Positions 39,627-54,379 of a stretch of 64,000 bases of DNA are shown piece after piece; position 1 is the stretch's first letter, and every line of letters begins with the position of its first letter. The notes beneath the pieces were generated by a model. The model was given only the letters and a program-made list of their open reading frames with translations. It had not been told where the DNA came from and did no database searches. Origin of the DNA: the human T2T-CHM13v2.0 reference genome, Homo sapiens; NCBI RefSeq assembly GCF_009914755.1, contig NC_060925.1, one strand, 5' to 3'. Both the position numbers and the translations under genes were made by a program.

Positions 39627-40147
39627 TTAAACTTTATATAAATATACACACACATGTATATATATATACATTCATATATATATACACACATATGTAGGTA
39701 TGTGTATGTATATATAAGTTTAATAAAGAAATAACTGCAGTAAATTATTTCTAGAATATGTTGTTTCTTTCACTGTAAAAGGAGTATCAACAATCTGGGA
39801 ATTCTCAAAAAGATAATGCAGCATTTGTAGTTTTGATCTGACAAAGCAAACACTTGTAATGCATAAAAACAATGTAGCTTGTGTTATTGAAAGTTTCAAT
39901 GTTCACATAATTTTCTGGAGACCAATTGGTATAACTTTTGCAGTGGATACAGGCTAACATGAAAAAAATTTTTTGATATAAACAATCAAGGTCACCTAAA
40001 GTCCTTATTTCTTTTCTTTTCTCTCTCTCTCTCTTTTTTTTTTTTTTTTTTGTCAAGGAGTCTTAAGAAAAGGACGAATCTGTTTATAGATCTGAAGTGC
40101 TACCTAGGAAACTTTCATGAATGTAATTTACTGCCTTATCAGCCCAC

Positions 40148-41092
40148 TCATACAGTTTTGGAATTTAAGCATCTACCCAGAACCTTTCTCAGAGCCATCT
40201 TTACTTCTTTATTTCTCAGTGTATAGACAAGGGGGTTGAGTAGTGGAGTAATCACAGTATAAGTCACTGCCACGAGCCGGTCCTTATCTGAAGAGTACAG
40301 GGATGTGGGCCTCAAGTAGATAAAGGAAGCACAGCCATAGTGGACGACGACCACTGTGAGGTGGGAAGCACAGGTGGCGAAGGCTTTGCACTGTCCTTCC
40401 ACTGAGGAGATCTTGAGGATGGTGGAAACTATGAAGATGTAGGAGATGAATATCAACACAAGGGGAACCAGCAATACCAGAATGCTGAGGAAAAAGATGA
40501 CCATCTCCTTCAGGTTGGTGTCTGTGCAGCCCAGTTTTATGACAGGGGAAATGTCACAGAAAAAGTGGTTGATCCGATTGGAGGCACAGAGGAGCACACT
40601 GAACACCAGGATATTGACAATCACAGAAGTCAGGAAGCCACAAAAGCTGGAGGCTAGAACCAGCTGCATGCAGGTGGCTCAGCTGACAATGAGTGTGTAG
40701 TTAAGGGGGTTGCAGATGGCAACATAGCGATCGTAGCCCATCACAGCAATGAGAAAACAGTTGGTACAAGCCAAGCCCACAAATAAATAGAGCTGGACCA
40801 CACATCCAGAGAAAGAAATAGTTGGAATTGCGGATAGCAGGTTGGTAAGCATTTTGGGTACAATGACCAAGGTGTAGCAGGTTTCAGAACATGAAAGGAC
40901 AAAGAGGAAGAAGTACATAGGAGTGTGCAAAGCCCTGTCCAGGTGAATGACTGTCATGATGGTGGTGTTGGCCATCAGAGTGGTCAGGTAGACTAATAGG
41001 AAGATAAAGAAGAGAAGGATCTGCAGATCCCCCAGGTTTGAGAAGCCTATAAGGATGAACTCGGTGATCATGCTCTGGTTCTGTCTTTTCAT
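40148..41092 (-). pseudogene. OR10T1P: Olfactory receptor pseudogene (314-codon frame with one premature TGA at codon 138)
   Basis: ORFs 41092-40679 and 40669-40148 are in the same frame, joined by TGA GCC ACC TGC. Motifs NQS, LHTPMYFFL, MGYDRYVAICNPL, HFFCD, KAFATCASHL, PLLNPLVYTLRNKEV. Symbol assigned from recalled gene order. Confidence 0.88.
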
Positions 41093-41117
41093 TGGTCAGT
41101 GTAATTAGACTTAGGTA

Positions 41118-41145
41118 ACCTGAAATTGAGAAGGAGAGAATTTGA
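41118..41145 (-). promoter_or_regulatory. Splice acceptor of the OR10T1P coding exon
   Basis: Minus strand ttctctccttctcaatttCAG|gttacc; exon starts at 41119, 27 nt before the ATG. Confidence 0.75.
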
Positions 41146-41239
41146 TAAAAGTGAAATGACCCTAGAGATACTCATTTCGCGTTTCTGTAAAAAGCTGATA
41201 ATACTGGTCTGAAAAAATACATAACACACATTAAGTACA

Positions 41240-41470
41240 TAGATCAGAGTATAGGGAAGGGTCAAGGGACATGAATAGTGACATATCCCAATTCAAAGAT
41301 ATCTGAAATTATTTATTTTTATTTTTGTAAGTTATTTCCATTCTCTGTATTCCTATGTGCCTAGAAAGTTCATACTGTAAAATCAAAATGTGATTTAGAC
41401 CTCATCTCATTAAGTACTCTCATTTTATGGAAGAAGAAAATGAGGCTCAATAAGATTAAACCATTTGCTT
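41240..41470 (+). repeat. ~230-bp direct repeat, copy 2 (in the putative OR10T1P 5' intron); ends in a MIR-like core
   Basis: Aligns with 39319-39548. Confidence 0.92.
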
Positions 41471-43629
41471 ACCCACATGACAGTAACAGTCCTTAAAAAT
41501 CACCTATCTTTGCTAATACCTTATAAAAATCTGATTCAGAAAAACAAACAAAACAAGTAAAAAGTGATGTACCCAGTCTCTCATATACATAACTCAAATA
41601 ATGCTTGTTCAGATGTAGGGAACTATTTTAATCTACTTAAAAGTATTCAGATTCTATTTACCCATGATCAATTGTGAAGACTTTGGGATGGCTCACATAT
41701 TGGGGTTTCCCTTGTCATCAGTGCATGGGAATCTGAGATTAAGAACCTAATAAAGCTCAAATTAACCTCAGAGCATTATGAGGCTTGGGCTGAGATCTCC
41801 ACTCTTCTGGCCTATGCCTCAATCTCCATTGCCTCCATAATGTTCTAAGAAGAACTTTCATCATTATCTGTAAGAAGATCTGTGGTTTGATTTGGAGATC
41901 AAATAAATGCTAAAACCTTCATATCAGACTTAGACAATCAGATTATTTTCATTTTGGAAAAAAGATCAGAAATCTTCTAACTCAACCTGCATACAATTCT
42001 GTGAACCTCTTTATAGCAATGTAGGAAGTATTGTCCAACGTCCACAGTCAAGGACAAATTTTAAGAAGTCACTCACTTCCAAAACAGGCTGTTGTTCCCT
42101 TGCTAGATAGTTTATTTGGCTACTTCTGAGCTGAACTATGCCTCCTTGAAATAGTCACCCATTGTTCTTGATTTGTCCTCTGCAGATACTCACAATAATG
42201 TTAAATTATTTGTATGAATGACAGCTAGCCTTTAGTTATTGAAATAAAATGATCATATATCTTTATGGGTCTTATTTTCCTTCTAACGAATTATTTAATA
42301 CATAGCTTATGGCAATGTTTCTGGAATTTTCTCTGTCCTCATCACCATCTTAGGTGTGTTTGTCCTCAACATTAGGTCACGCATCTGCCCCTCAGCTGTA
42401 GACAAGCTGGTTGGCTGCAGCATCAAACATAACTAACTTTGTCTCTCTGCTTCTACACATAACATTACATTTTCTTTCCTACTTTTGTTATCCCTCAGAA
42501 TTAATATTTGTCTTTCCTACAAAACCTCAACTCATTATTCATCTCCTGAGAGGCTTCCCTATGTAGCTCTCAATGACTGAATCCTGTTTGAATTCACTTC
42601 CCTGTCAGTTTGCTCTGAGATCATTTGTTAGAATGGCAGCATAGTGAGGCTGGATGGACTGAGGCTCTGGAGTCAGACTGCCTAGGTTGAGACCATGGCT
42701 CTGCCAATGTACAATGTTGGGGAAATCACTTTGGGTCTCATGATTTAATCTCTAAAATGGCAATAATAATAGCATAAGCCAAAAAGTTTGTGTGAGCACC
42801 AAATGCCCACAATGAATTTCCTGATGCATAAGTGGTCAATACAGGCAGGCTGTTAAATATCTAGCCAAGCCCCCTCATGTTATAAATGAAGAAACAGAGG
42901 CCCAGAGAAGTAAAATATCAAGATGTAGGTTGCATAAGCTATGAGGCAGGAACTGTATCCCAAATACCTTAAGTCTCCCATCTAGGGTTTTGTCTTTTGA
43001 ATTACCTGGGTTCTAGTTTTAATATTTCCTTTGCACTGCGTGCTTATACACCAGTGACTTAGGAAATAGATCAATGTCTTCTTTACTCTGTATGATCCCC
43101 ACAAGGCTTTCTGTTCCACTCTTTCATTCACTCCTATCTCTTATTCTTCCACCTTAACCCATCATATATAGGTACACATTAGGCAGTTTCTCCCTATTTC
43201 CTAGTTTAGGTCTATTTTAGGAATATTTTGCTGTTTACACTCTTAGTTATTCTCTTCATTTACTATATCTCCCATGCTCACATGGTCAGGTTTTGTTCAG
43301 CTGCATCTTTGCCCTCTCCATATGGTCTCTGTCCTGTCTCTCACTCTAGATTCTGATGCTATGGCCCACACTTCACCAGTGCATGGTTTCCATGAGTTCT
43401 TCTGCCTCTGAATCTTTCTTTGGTATTCAGAATATTTTTAGAGAAAATTGACAGATATTACTCATAAGAAAGAGTAGTCCTACAACTCTAGTACAAAGGA
43501 AAAACTTACATCCACAGGCAGTTTTAGCACAATCTCATGTTCCTTTTTTTCTCATATCCCATCAAAGTCTAAAAAGGAGAGAGAAATAAACAAACATTAA
43601 AAAAAATCATGTAGCATATTTCTCCCAGA

Positions 43630-43860
43630 TCTTACCAGGGAAAGTCCAGGGGCCATTCGCTTTTAAAGATGAAAGACAGCTCTGCCTGGTGTCTGAGCTG
43701 AAAGTAACTGTACAGCCCCAATCTTAGCAGCTCTGTGGCCTTGACAGCACATACTCCAGCAAAATCCCTGGGTCTTATACATTTGGGGTGCCTCAGGGGA
43801 TTGAGGCTTTGGAGGGAGGTTCTTCCTTGGACTCTAGGCATTAAAAATGTAATATTCAAC
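43630..43860 (-). promoter_or_regulatory. Candidate OR10T1P 5' exon and promoter
   Basis: Donor CTG|GTAAGA (GT at 43635-43634). O/E-like TCCCTGGGT (about 43765) and CCTCAGGGGA (43791-43800). Homeodomain-like ACATTTTTAATGC on the minus strand at 43838-43850. Confidence 0.55.
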
Positions 43861-46800
43861 CTTAAAGAAAGAAAAAAAAAGGGTAGATAAATTATGTGGT
43901 TTACTTGATCTGCGTAAAAGACGAATAGCTTTAAATACTATAATTTTTTACAGTGATCATTCATTTTGGAGAAAGGTTACATTTGCTGAATAAAGTGATG
44001 ACTGTTACTTACTTAGTCATTAGCTTTTTGGATGCTAAACATAGATGGACTGTTTTAAGGGATAAAATAAATGACATTCTTGACAAATTTTTTCTTCCTT
44101 CTTAAAGTTGCTAGTTGAATTATGAGATTATTTTTTTCTATAACTCTCTTGATTTATGAATAAGTTATACTGGCATCATAAGAGGGCACACAGTCTAACC
44201 TTTTCTACATTCCTCTACCTGCTCAATTTGTCTCTTCAAATACATTAATCAATGTAGACTTTTGTCAGGACATTCATTAGTTCATTAATTTAATCAATAT
44301 GCATCGAGTACCTATAATGCTCCAAGCACTCTGGTGAGTGTTTTAGTGGGGAAGGTGGCACGATGATGGCTTAGTCTGTGCCAGTGGTGACATATGGACC
44401 CATATACATTTGAGCCTCCTGAGGTGCACGTGAAGATGCATATTTTGGGGCTTTACCCTAGGATCTCCTAAATAAGAAATATTTTAGGTGGAGCTTGGAA
44501 TAGTTTGCAATCTGTTTATGTAATTTATTTGATTTTCAGAAAGTTTAGAGCTACTGACTTCATTCTGATAAAAGCTTGATGTTTAGAAGATGAGATAAAG
44601 AAATAAGTGAATAATTACAACAAGCAAAGAGGGTTAAGCTAGGTACAAGCACAGGGCACGACAGCATTACTGAGAGGAAGTACAGTTCTCACATTTAGTA
44701 CCAAAATAAGTGGGTCTCAAACTCCTCTTATACCTTTTCAATCCAACAATATTTATTTTATAAGTTTATAAGTAGAATACATGACAAAACTAGGACAAAA
44801 CTCAGTAGGGAGAAATGAAAGCATACTATAAAAAATCACAATATAAATAAAGTGCTACAATATTATTTGAAGGTTGACTGTGATGAGTTAAAAACGCACA
44901 TTTTATATCTCACAAAACACAAAAATTAAAGAAATGTATTGCTAATAAACCAATAGAGGCGATACAACAGAATATTAATAATTACTCAATTAATCCAATG
45001 GAAGTCAAGAAAATAGGAAAACAGTAACAAGAAATAAATGAAACAAAGAGACATCACATAGAACAATGGTAGACTTAAACACACTCAAAATGAAACTTAC
45101 ATTGATTGTAAATTATTTACACTTCAATAAAAAGAGATTGCCTGATTTGTATAAACAAAGCAATTACATATTTTCTGCAAAAAAACCCACTATAAATCTT
45201 AAGTCTCAGATAACAGTAATGTCCTAGAAAAAAAGCACAAAACTCTAACTATTAGAAAGGCAGAAGGAATATATTAACATGAGACAAGTGGACGTCAGCA
45301 CAATAAATATTAACAGAACTAAAGATGGACATTTGCTAATAATAAAAAATTAATACAAAATTCTAATTGTCAAATATAAATATGCATTTCATAAAAAGTT
45401 AAAAAAAAGGAAGCCCAAAGTGACAAGACAGAAAAGGAAGAAGCCAAATCCAAACTATAAATATTTCTACATACCTTCTTACGTAATTGATAAAATAAGT
45501 AGAAAAAAATTCATAAGAATTATAAGATGCAAACAATAACAGGCTTGACATAATTACTATTTATAAAAAGATACACACAAAAATAGCAGAAAATTATTTT
45601 TTATCAAGTGCACATAGGCTGTTTATAAAGGTATAGCACTTCCTGGGTAATCAAATGTATAGGTTAAGTAATTTCTATACCCAGAGCAAAACAAGAACAT
45701 CTGGTTTCATTACTTCAATCCAATACTGTATGAGAATTCCTAGCCAATGTAATAAGCAAAAAAAGAAAGAATAATTTATATTAAAAAGATGTAAATTTGT
45801 ATTTATTCACAGAAAATGTGAATGTTTACATACAAAATCCTAAATAAACAAAGAAAAGTATTATAAAGACTAGTAAAAGAATTTAGCAGGTCCAGCAATA
45901 TAAAAATAATACAAGTAGTACTAGACCTAAGAAAACAGTTTGACAGCAATACAATTATAATGAGGGACTTCAACATTTTACTGACAATATTAGACAGATC
46001 ATTGAGGCAGAATATCAATAAAGAAACTCTGGATTTAAACTTGACTCTAGACCATATGGACCTAACAGATATTTACAGAGCATTCTATCCGACAACTGCA
46101 GAATATACATTTTTCTCGTGTGCATGGATCATTCTCCAAAATTGACCATATGCTTGACCATAAAGAAAGTTTTAATAAATTCAAAAATATCAAAATAATG
46201 TCACGTATTTTCTTGGACCTCAGTGGAATAAAATCAAATGTCAATGCCAAAAGGAACTCTCAAAAGTACACAAGTACATGCAAACTAAACAATTTGCTCC
46301 TGAATGACTTTTTGGTAAATAATTAAATTAAGGCAGAAGTCAAAAAAATTTCAGGGAATAAAAATAGGGACCCAACAAACCAAAAACTCTGAGAGGCAGC
46401 AAAAACAGTGCTGAGACAAATTTAAAGCATTAAACACCTACATCAAAAAGACAGAAATATCTCAAATTGGCAACCCAATGTTGCACCTCAAGGAAGTAGA
46501 AAAATGAGAACACATGAAGCCCAAATCTAGCAGAAGAAAAGAAATAACAAAGATCAGAGGAGAACAAAATGAGATTTAGACAAAAAGGACAACAGCAACA
46601 ACAAAACAAAAATAATACTTAGTATCGACAACATGAAAAGTTGATTTTTTTGAAAGAATAAATAAAATTGATAGACCAATAGGTAGATTAACCAGGAAAA
46701 AAGAAGATTAAAATAAACACAATAAAAATGGTATTGGTGACATTACATCTGATATTACAGAAATACAAAAGATCATCAGAGACCACTATGACTATCTCTT

Positions 46801-47895
46801 TGTGCACAAACTAGAATTCCTGAAAACATACAAACTCCCAAGACTGAACCAAGAAGAAACAGAAATCCTGAACAGACTAATAACGAGCAATGAAATAGAT
46901 CAGTAATAAAAAAAAAATCTTCCAACAGAAAAAAGCCCAGGACCAGATGGATTAACAGTCAGAAACTATTCCAAAAAATCAAGGAGAAGGTATTCCTTCC
47001 TAATTCATTCTATGAAAACAATATTACCTTGATGCCAAAATCAGTCAAGGACAGAAAAACAAAGAAGATAACTACAAGCAAATATCCCTGATGAATATAG
47101 ATGCAAAAATTCTTAACAGAATACTAGCAAACAAAATCCAACATCACAAGGAATGATAATTCATCACAATGAATTGAGTTTTATTCCAGGAATGCAAGGA
47201 TGGCTGAACATATGCACATCAATAAATGTAATTCACCACTTAAGCAGAATTAAGAAAAAAACATGATCATCTTAATAAATCCAGATAAAGCATTTGATAA
47301 AATCTGACATTCCTTTATGATAAAAACTCTCAACAAACTAGGCACTGAAGTAACATATTTCAAAATAGTAAGAGCCATATATGACAAACCCACTGCTGAA
47401 GTCATACTGAATAGGAAAAAATAAAGCTAGTGAAGTTGAAATATTGTAACCTAGAAAACCCTAAAGACACCTAGATTTGTTAAATGACTTCAGTAAAGTT
47501 TCAGGATACAAAATCAATGTACAAAAATCAGTGGCATTTCTGATTTTTGCATGCAAGCTGATAAGCAAATCAACAACTCAAATTCATTATAAAAGCTACA
47601 AAAATAAAATAGCTGGTAATACATTTTAAAAAGGAGGTAAAAATATCCACAAAAAGTATGAAACACTGATAAAAGTAATTATAGATGATACAAACTAATT
47701 TAAAAAATCCCAAGGTTATGGATTAAAATAATCAATATTGTTAAAATAATCATCATGCTAAAAGCAATCTATAGATTCAATGCAATTCCTATTAAATTAC
47801 CAAGGTCTTCTTTCCAAGAATTAGAAAAACATTCTGAAGTTCATGTGAAACCATAAAGAGCCTGAACAGCCAAAGCAATCCTACAAAAAGAACAA

Positions 47896-47971
47896 ATAAT
47901 GTGATGCCTCTGTATTTGTTCCGTTTTTAGAAATTTTTTAAAAAAGAACAAATACAGAGGCATCACATTAT
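47896..47971. repeat. Perfect 26-bp inverted repeat with a largely self-complementary spacer
   Basis: ATAATGTGATGCCTCTGTATTTGTTC (47896-47921) and GAACAAATACAGAGGCATCACATTAT (47946-47971). Confidence 0.95.
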
Positions 47972-48341
47972 CTGACTTCAAATTACCCTACTAGGCCATA
48001 GTAAATAAAATGACACAATACTGGTACGAAAATAGACACATCAAACAATGGAACAGAATAGAGAACCCAGAAATAAAGCCAAATACATACAACCAACTGA
48101 TGTCCAACAAAGTCAACAAACATAAACAATGGAGAAAGTACATTCTATTCAATAAATGGTGCTGGGAAGATTAGCCAGTCATATACAGAATAATGAAAGT
48201 AGATTCCTAGCTTTCAACATATAAAAAATTAAATGAAGATAAATTAAAGACTTAAATGTAAAACCTGAAAGTATAAAAATCCTAGAAGAAAACCCAGAAA
48301 AACTCTTCTAGACATTGGCCTAGGGAAATAATGTATGACTA

Positions 48342-48514
48342 CGCTGGAGAGGGTGGCTCATGCCTATAATCTGGGCACTTGGAGAGGCGGAGGCAGGCAG
48401 ATGACTTGAGTCCAGGAGTTCAAGACTAGTCCAGGCAACATGGTGAAATCTCTTCTCTACCTAAAAACAAACAAACAAACAACAACAAAAACACAGAAAA
48501 ACCCCCAAACCAAA
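48342..48514 (+). mobile_element. FLAM/Alu left monomer nested in the L1PB
   Basis: ggtggctcatgcctataat...aggagttcaagactag with a (CAAA)n tail. TSD AAT(G/T)TATGACTA at 48330-48341 and 48515-48526. Confidence 0.85.
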
Positions 48515-49192
48515 AATTTATGACTAAGATCCCAAAAGCAAATATGACTAAACCAAAAATAGACATATAGGACTTAATTTAACTAAAAAGCTTCTGCACA
48601 GCAAAATAAATAATCAACAGAGTAAACAAAAAACCTACAGAATGAAATAAAATATTTTTAAAAGACTAATATGCAGAATCTACAAGAAACTCAAACAATT
48701 CAACAATGAAACAAAAAACAACCCCAATAAAAACTGGGCAAAAGACACGAACTGACATCTCCCAAGAGAAGACATGCAAATATATGACAAACATAAAAAA
48801 AAATCAACAGTACTAATCATCAGAGGAATACAAATTAAAACCTCAATGAGATATCATCTTGCACCAGTCAAAATGATTATTATTAAAAAGTCAGAAAACA
48901 ACAGATATTGGCATGAATGCGAAAAGGAAATGCTTCTACACTACTGGTGGGAATGTAAATTAGTTCAACCTGTGTGGTAGAGAGTATGGAGATTTCTCAA
49001 AGAACTAAAAATAGAACCATCATTTAACCCAGCAATCCCACTTCCAGGAATCTACCCAAGGGGGGAAAAAAGCTATTTTATAAAAAAGAAAAGACACCTC
49101 CATTTGAATGTTTATCACAACACTATTCACAATAGGAAAGTCATGGAATTAACCAAAGTGTCCATCACTGGTGGATTGAATTAAGAAAATGT

Positions 49193-51348
<2,156 letters not shown>

Positions 51349-53465
51349 AAAATGTATATATACACCATGGAATACTACGCAGCCATAACAAGAATAAAAT
51401 TGTGTCCTATTTAGCAGCATGGAGGGAGCTGGAGGCCACTATCCTAAGTAAAATAACTCAGAAACAGAAAACCACATCTCACATATTTTCACTTATAAGT
51501 GAGAGCTAAACATTGGGTACACACGGACATAAAGATGGAAATGATAGACATCAGAGACTCCAAAAAAAGGGAGGGTGGAAAGGACATGAAGTTTGAAAAG
51601 TTATCTATTGGGTACAATGTTCACTATTTGGGTAATGGTTACACTGGAAGTCCAAATCACATCAGTACACAATCTATCCATGCAACAATCCTGCATATGT
51701 ACACCTTGAAACTGCAATAAAATAAAACAAATACAAGAATAAAAGGTCATAAGTTTACAACAGTACAAAACTCAATTGTATTTGTTTAGAATAGCACCAA
51801 AAAGTAAAAATCAAAATTAGAAAAGCTCTATAAAATGCTCTCAAAACCATGAAATAGTTAAGTGAACTGAAAACCAAAATAAAAGTTGTTGAGAAAAATT
51901 AAAGGAGACCTGAATAAATGTAGAGGTATACAATTTTCATGGATTGAAAAACCCAAAATAGTCAGGATGGCAATTACCCCCCAGTTTGATCTATAGTTAA
52001 ACACAATCACAATATAAATCCTGGTGTGATTTTCTCTAGAAATTGACACATTGATTATAAAATGTATATGAAAATGCAAAGCATGTAAAATAAAGCAATT
52101 TAGAAATATAGAAAAACATTTAAAATATATTAGCACACAATTTCAAGACATATTATAGAATGACATTGACTAAGTGATATTATCATAAAAATAGACATAC
52201 AAATCAATGGAACAGAATGTATATTATAGAAATAGTCTTATGCATATATGCTTAATTGATTTTCAATAAAGTTGTCAAGGTAGTTTGATAAGGAGAGAAT
52301 AGTTTCTCAACATACTGTTCTGGAAATATTGGATACCCATCCAAAAAAAATTAAAGTTGATCCTTACACCACCACATACATAATTTCACCTCATATAGAC
52401 ATTGCAACTTAAAAATGTCAAAACTGTACACATTTTAAAGAAAGCACAGGGGAAAATTTCTTCAACTTGGAGTAGACAAAGACTTATTAGACAGGAGACA
52501 GAAAACATGAATCATAAAAAGAAAAAAATGATAAATTGAACTATGTCAAAATTAAAAACTTCTGCTTTTAAAAAGTTAGGCAATTTGATGGGTGTAGAAC
52601 TCTGTGAAAATACTAAAAATCACTGGACTATATAAATAAAAAGTACAGATTTTATGATATAAAATTATAGCTCAAAAATTTATATAAAAAGGAATGATTA
52701 ATGAAATGGAAAGGTGATTCACATGCTAGGCTAACATATTTACAAAATATATACCTAATAAAGAGCTTGTATCCAGAATAAATATATATCTCTTATATAA
52801 AAAGGGAAGACACATAATTAAAAGATGGTCAAAGGTTTGAACACACACTTCAAAAAACAAGATATACAAATAGCCACAGAGCCCATACAAATGCTCAATA
52901 TAATTATTCTTCAAAAGAATGCCTAATAAAACTAAAAGGATAGATATCTACACATGTGATAAATTAAAAAACTGACAATGCCTAGAGGTGGATAAGATAA
53001 GAAACCACTGGAATTTTTACAACATTGTTGGTAGGATTGAATTATGATACAACTTCTTTGAAAAACAGCTTGGAGGTTTATAAATAGCTAAATTTATACC
53101 TATGATGTGGCAGAGTCACTCCACTCCTAGGTATGTACCAAAGATAAATGAACATATATGTCTATACAATGACTGGGAAACTTATGTTCATAACAGTTTT
53201 ATTCCTATTAGCCTCCAACGAGAAAGAATCCAAGTATCTTTCAACAGTTCGATTTATCCTTCACTGAATAAATTGCAGTGTATTCATAAAATGGAATACT
53301 ATTAAGCAATAAAAAGAATGAACTGACAAATGACACAACATGAGTGAATCTCAGAAATATGCTAAGAGAAAGAAACTAGACACAAAAGTTATCATACTGT
53401 ATGATTCAATTTACATGAAATTCTGGAAAAGGCCAAACCATATTAACAGAAAACAGATTACTGTT

Positions 53466-53647
53466 TTTCTGGGACCAAGACTGAGTAGAACTGACCACAA
53501 GTGGGGAGGGGGAGAGTTCTGGCATTGTAGGAATGCTCTGTAATTTGATTGGAGTGTTTCTGGGACCAAATCTGGGTAGAATTGACCACAGGGCTGGAGG
53601 GGGAGATTTCTGGCATTGTAGAAATTCTTTGTAATTTGATTGGGGTG
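53466..53647 (+). repeat. 91-bp tandem duplication in an old L1 3' UTR
   Basis: tttctgggaccaa...ggagggggaga.ttctggcattgtag...gtaatttgattgg.gtgt starts at 53466 and again at 53557. Confidence 0.9.
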
Positions 53648-54379
53648 TTGTTGCTTAGTATTGCTTAAATGTACCAAACTGTACATTTAAGTTGGGAACA
53701 TTTTATATGATGTAAGTTAATCCTCTATAAGGTTAATTGTTAGTATTAAAAGTTTTCTAATAAAAATAAAAGACAAGGTGGAACACTTTTAATTCAAAGG
53801 TCAAACACAATTATTGAACCAAGTAGTCTCTCAAATCTATAAAGAAAAAATGTAATAGGAAAATAAATAGATAATTTTCAAAAGTTGGATAACAGTGTCT
53901 GATAATTTTTTTTAAAGTGCTTACCTCTACTATTAATCAAAGAAATGTAAATGGGAGCACGGTATGATTTTTATATTTCATCTTGGCTAGAATTTAAAAG
54001 ATTAAAAGTAACATCATATACATTATGGAGAAATTGGCATCTTCACATATTGTTAATGAAAGTATAAGTTTTATAACCTTTGTGGAGATTATATGCCAAC
54101 ACAATGCATATTAAAATTTGAAATAAGAATAGATTTTCAATCAGCAATTTCATTTTGTGGGTAATGCACAATTTTTCAAAAAACTATTTCATTTATCCAA
54201 ACTCTGAGAAATTTATAAAAATTAATAAAATGGCATTTATAAAGTTATTCCAACTATGGACAAGAAAAATCACAACTCTAGCATCTATTGCAAAGATTGA
54301 GGTAGGTTTACATATTGTTACTTTTTGAGAGTCTATGAATTTAAAATAATAGGTTTGATAGAGAAAATAGAGGCTTATG

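Noticed and set aside
40009-40051. A-rich tract 100 nt after the OR10T1P stop plus flanking direct repeats, suggesting a retrocopy
   Set aside because: The gene keeps its splice acceptor and intron, and 230-bp repeats are far too long for a TPRT TSD.
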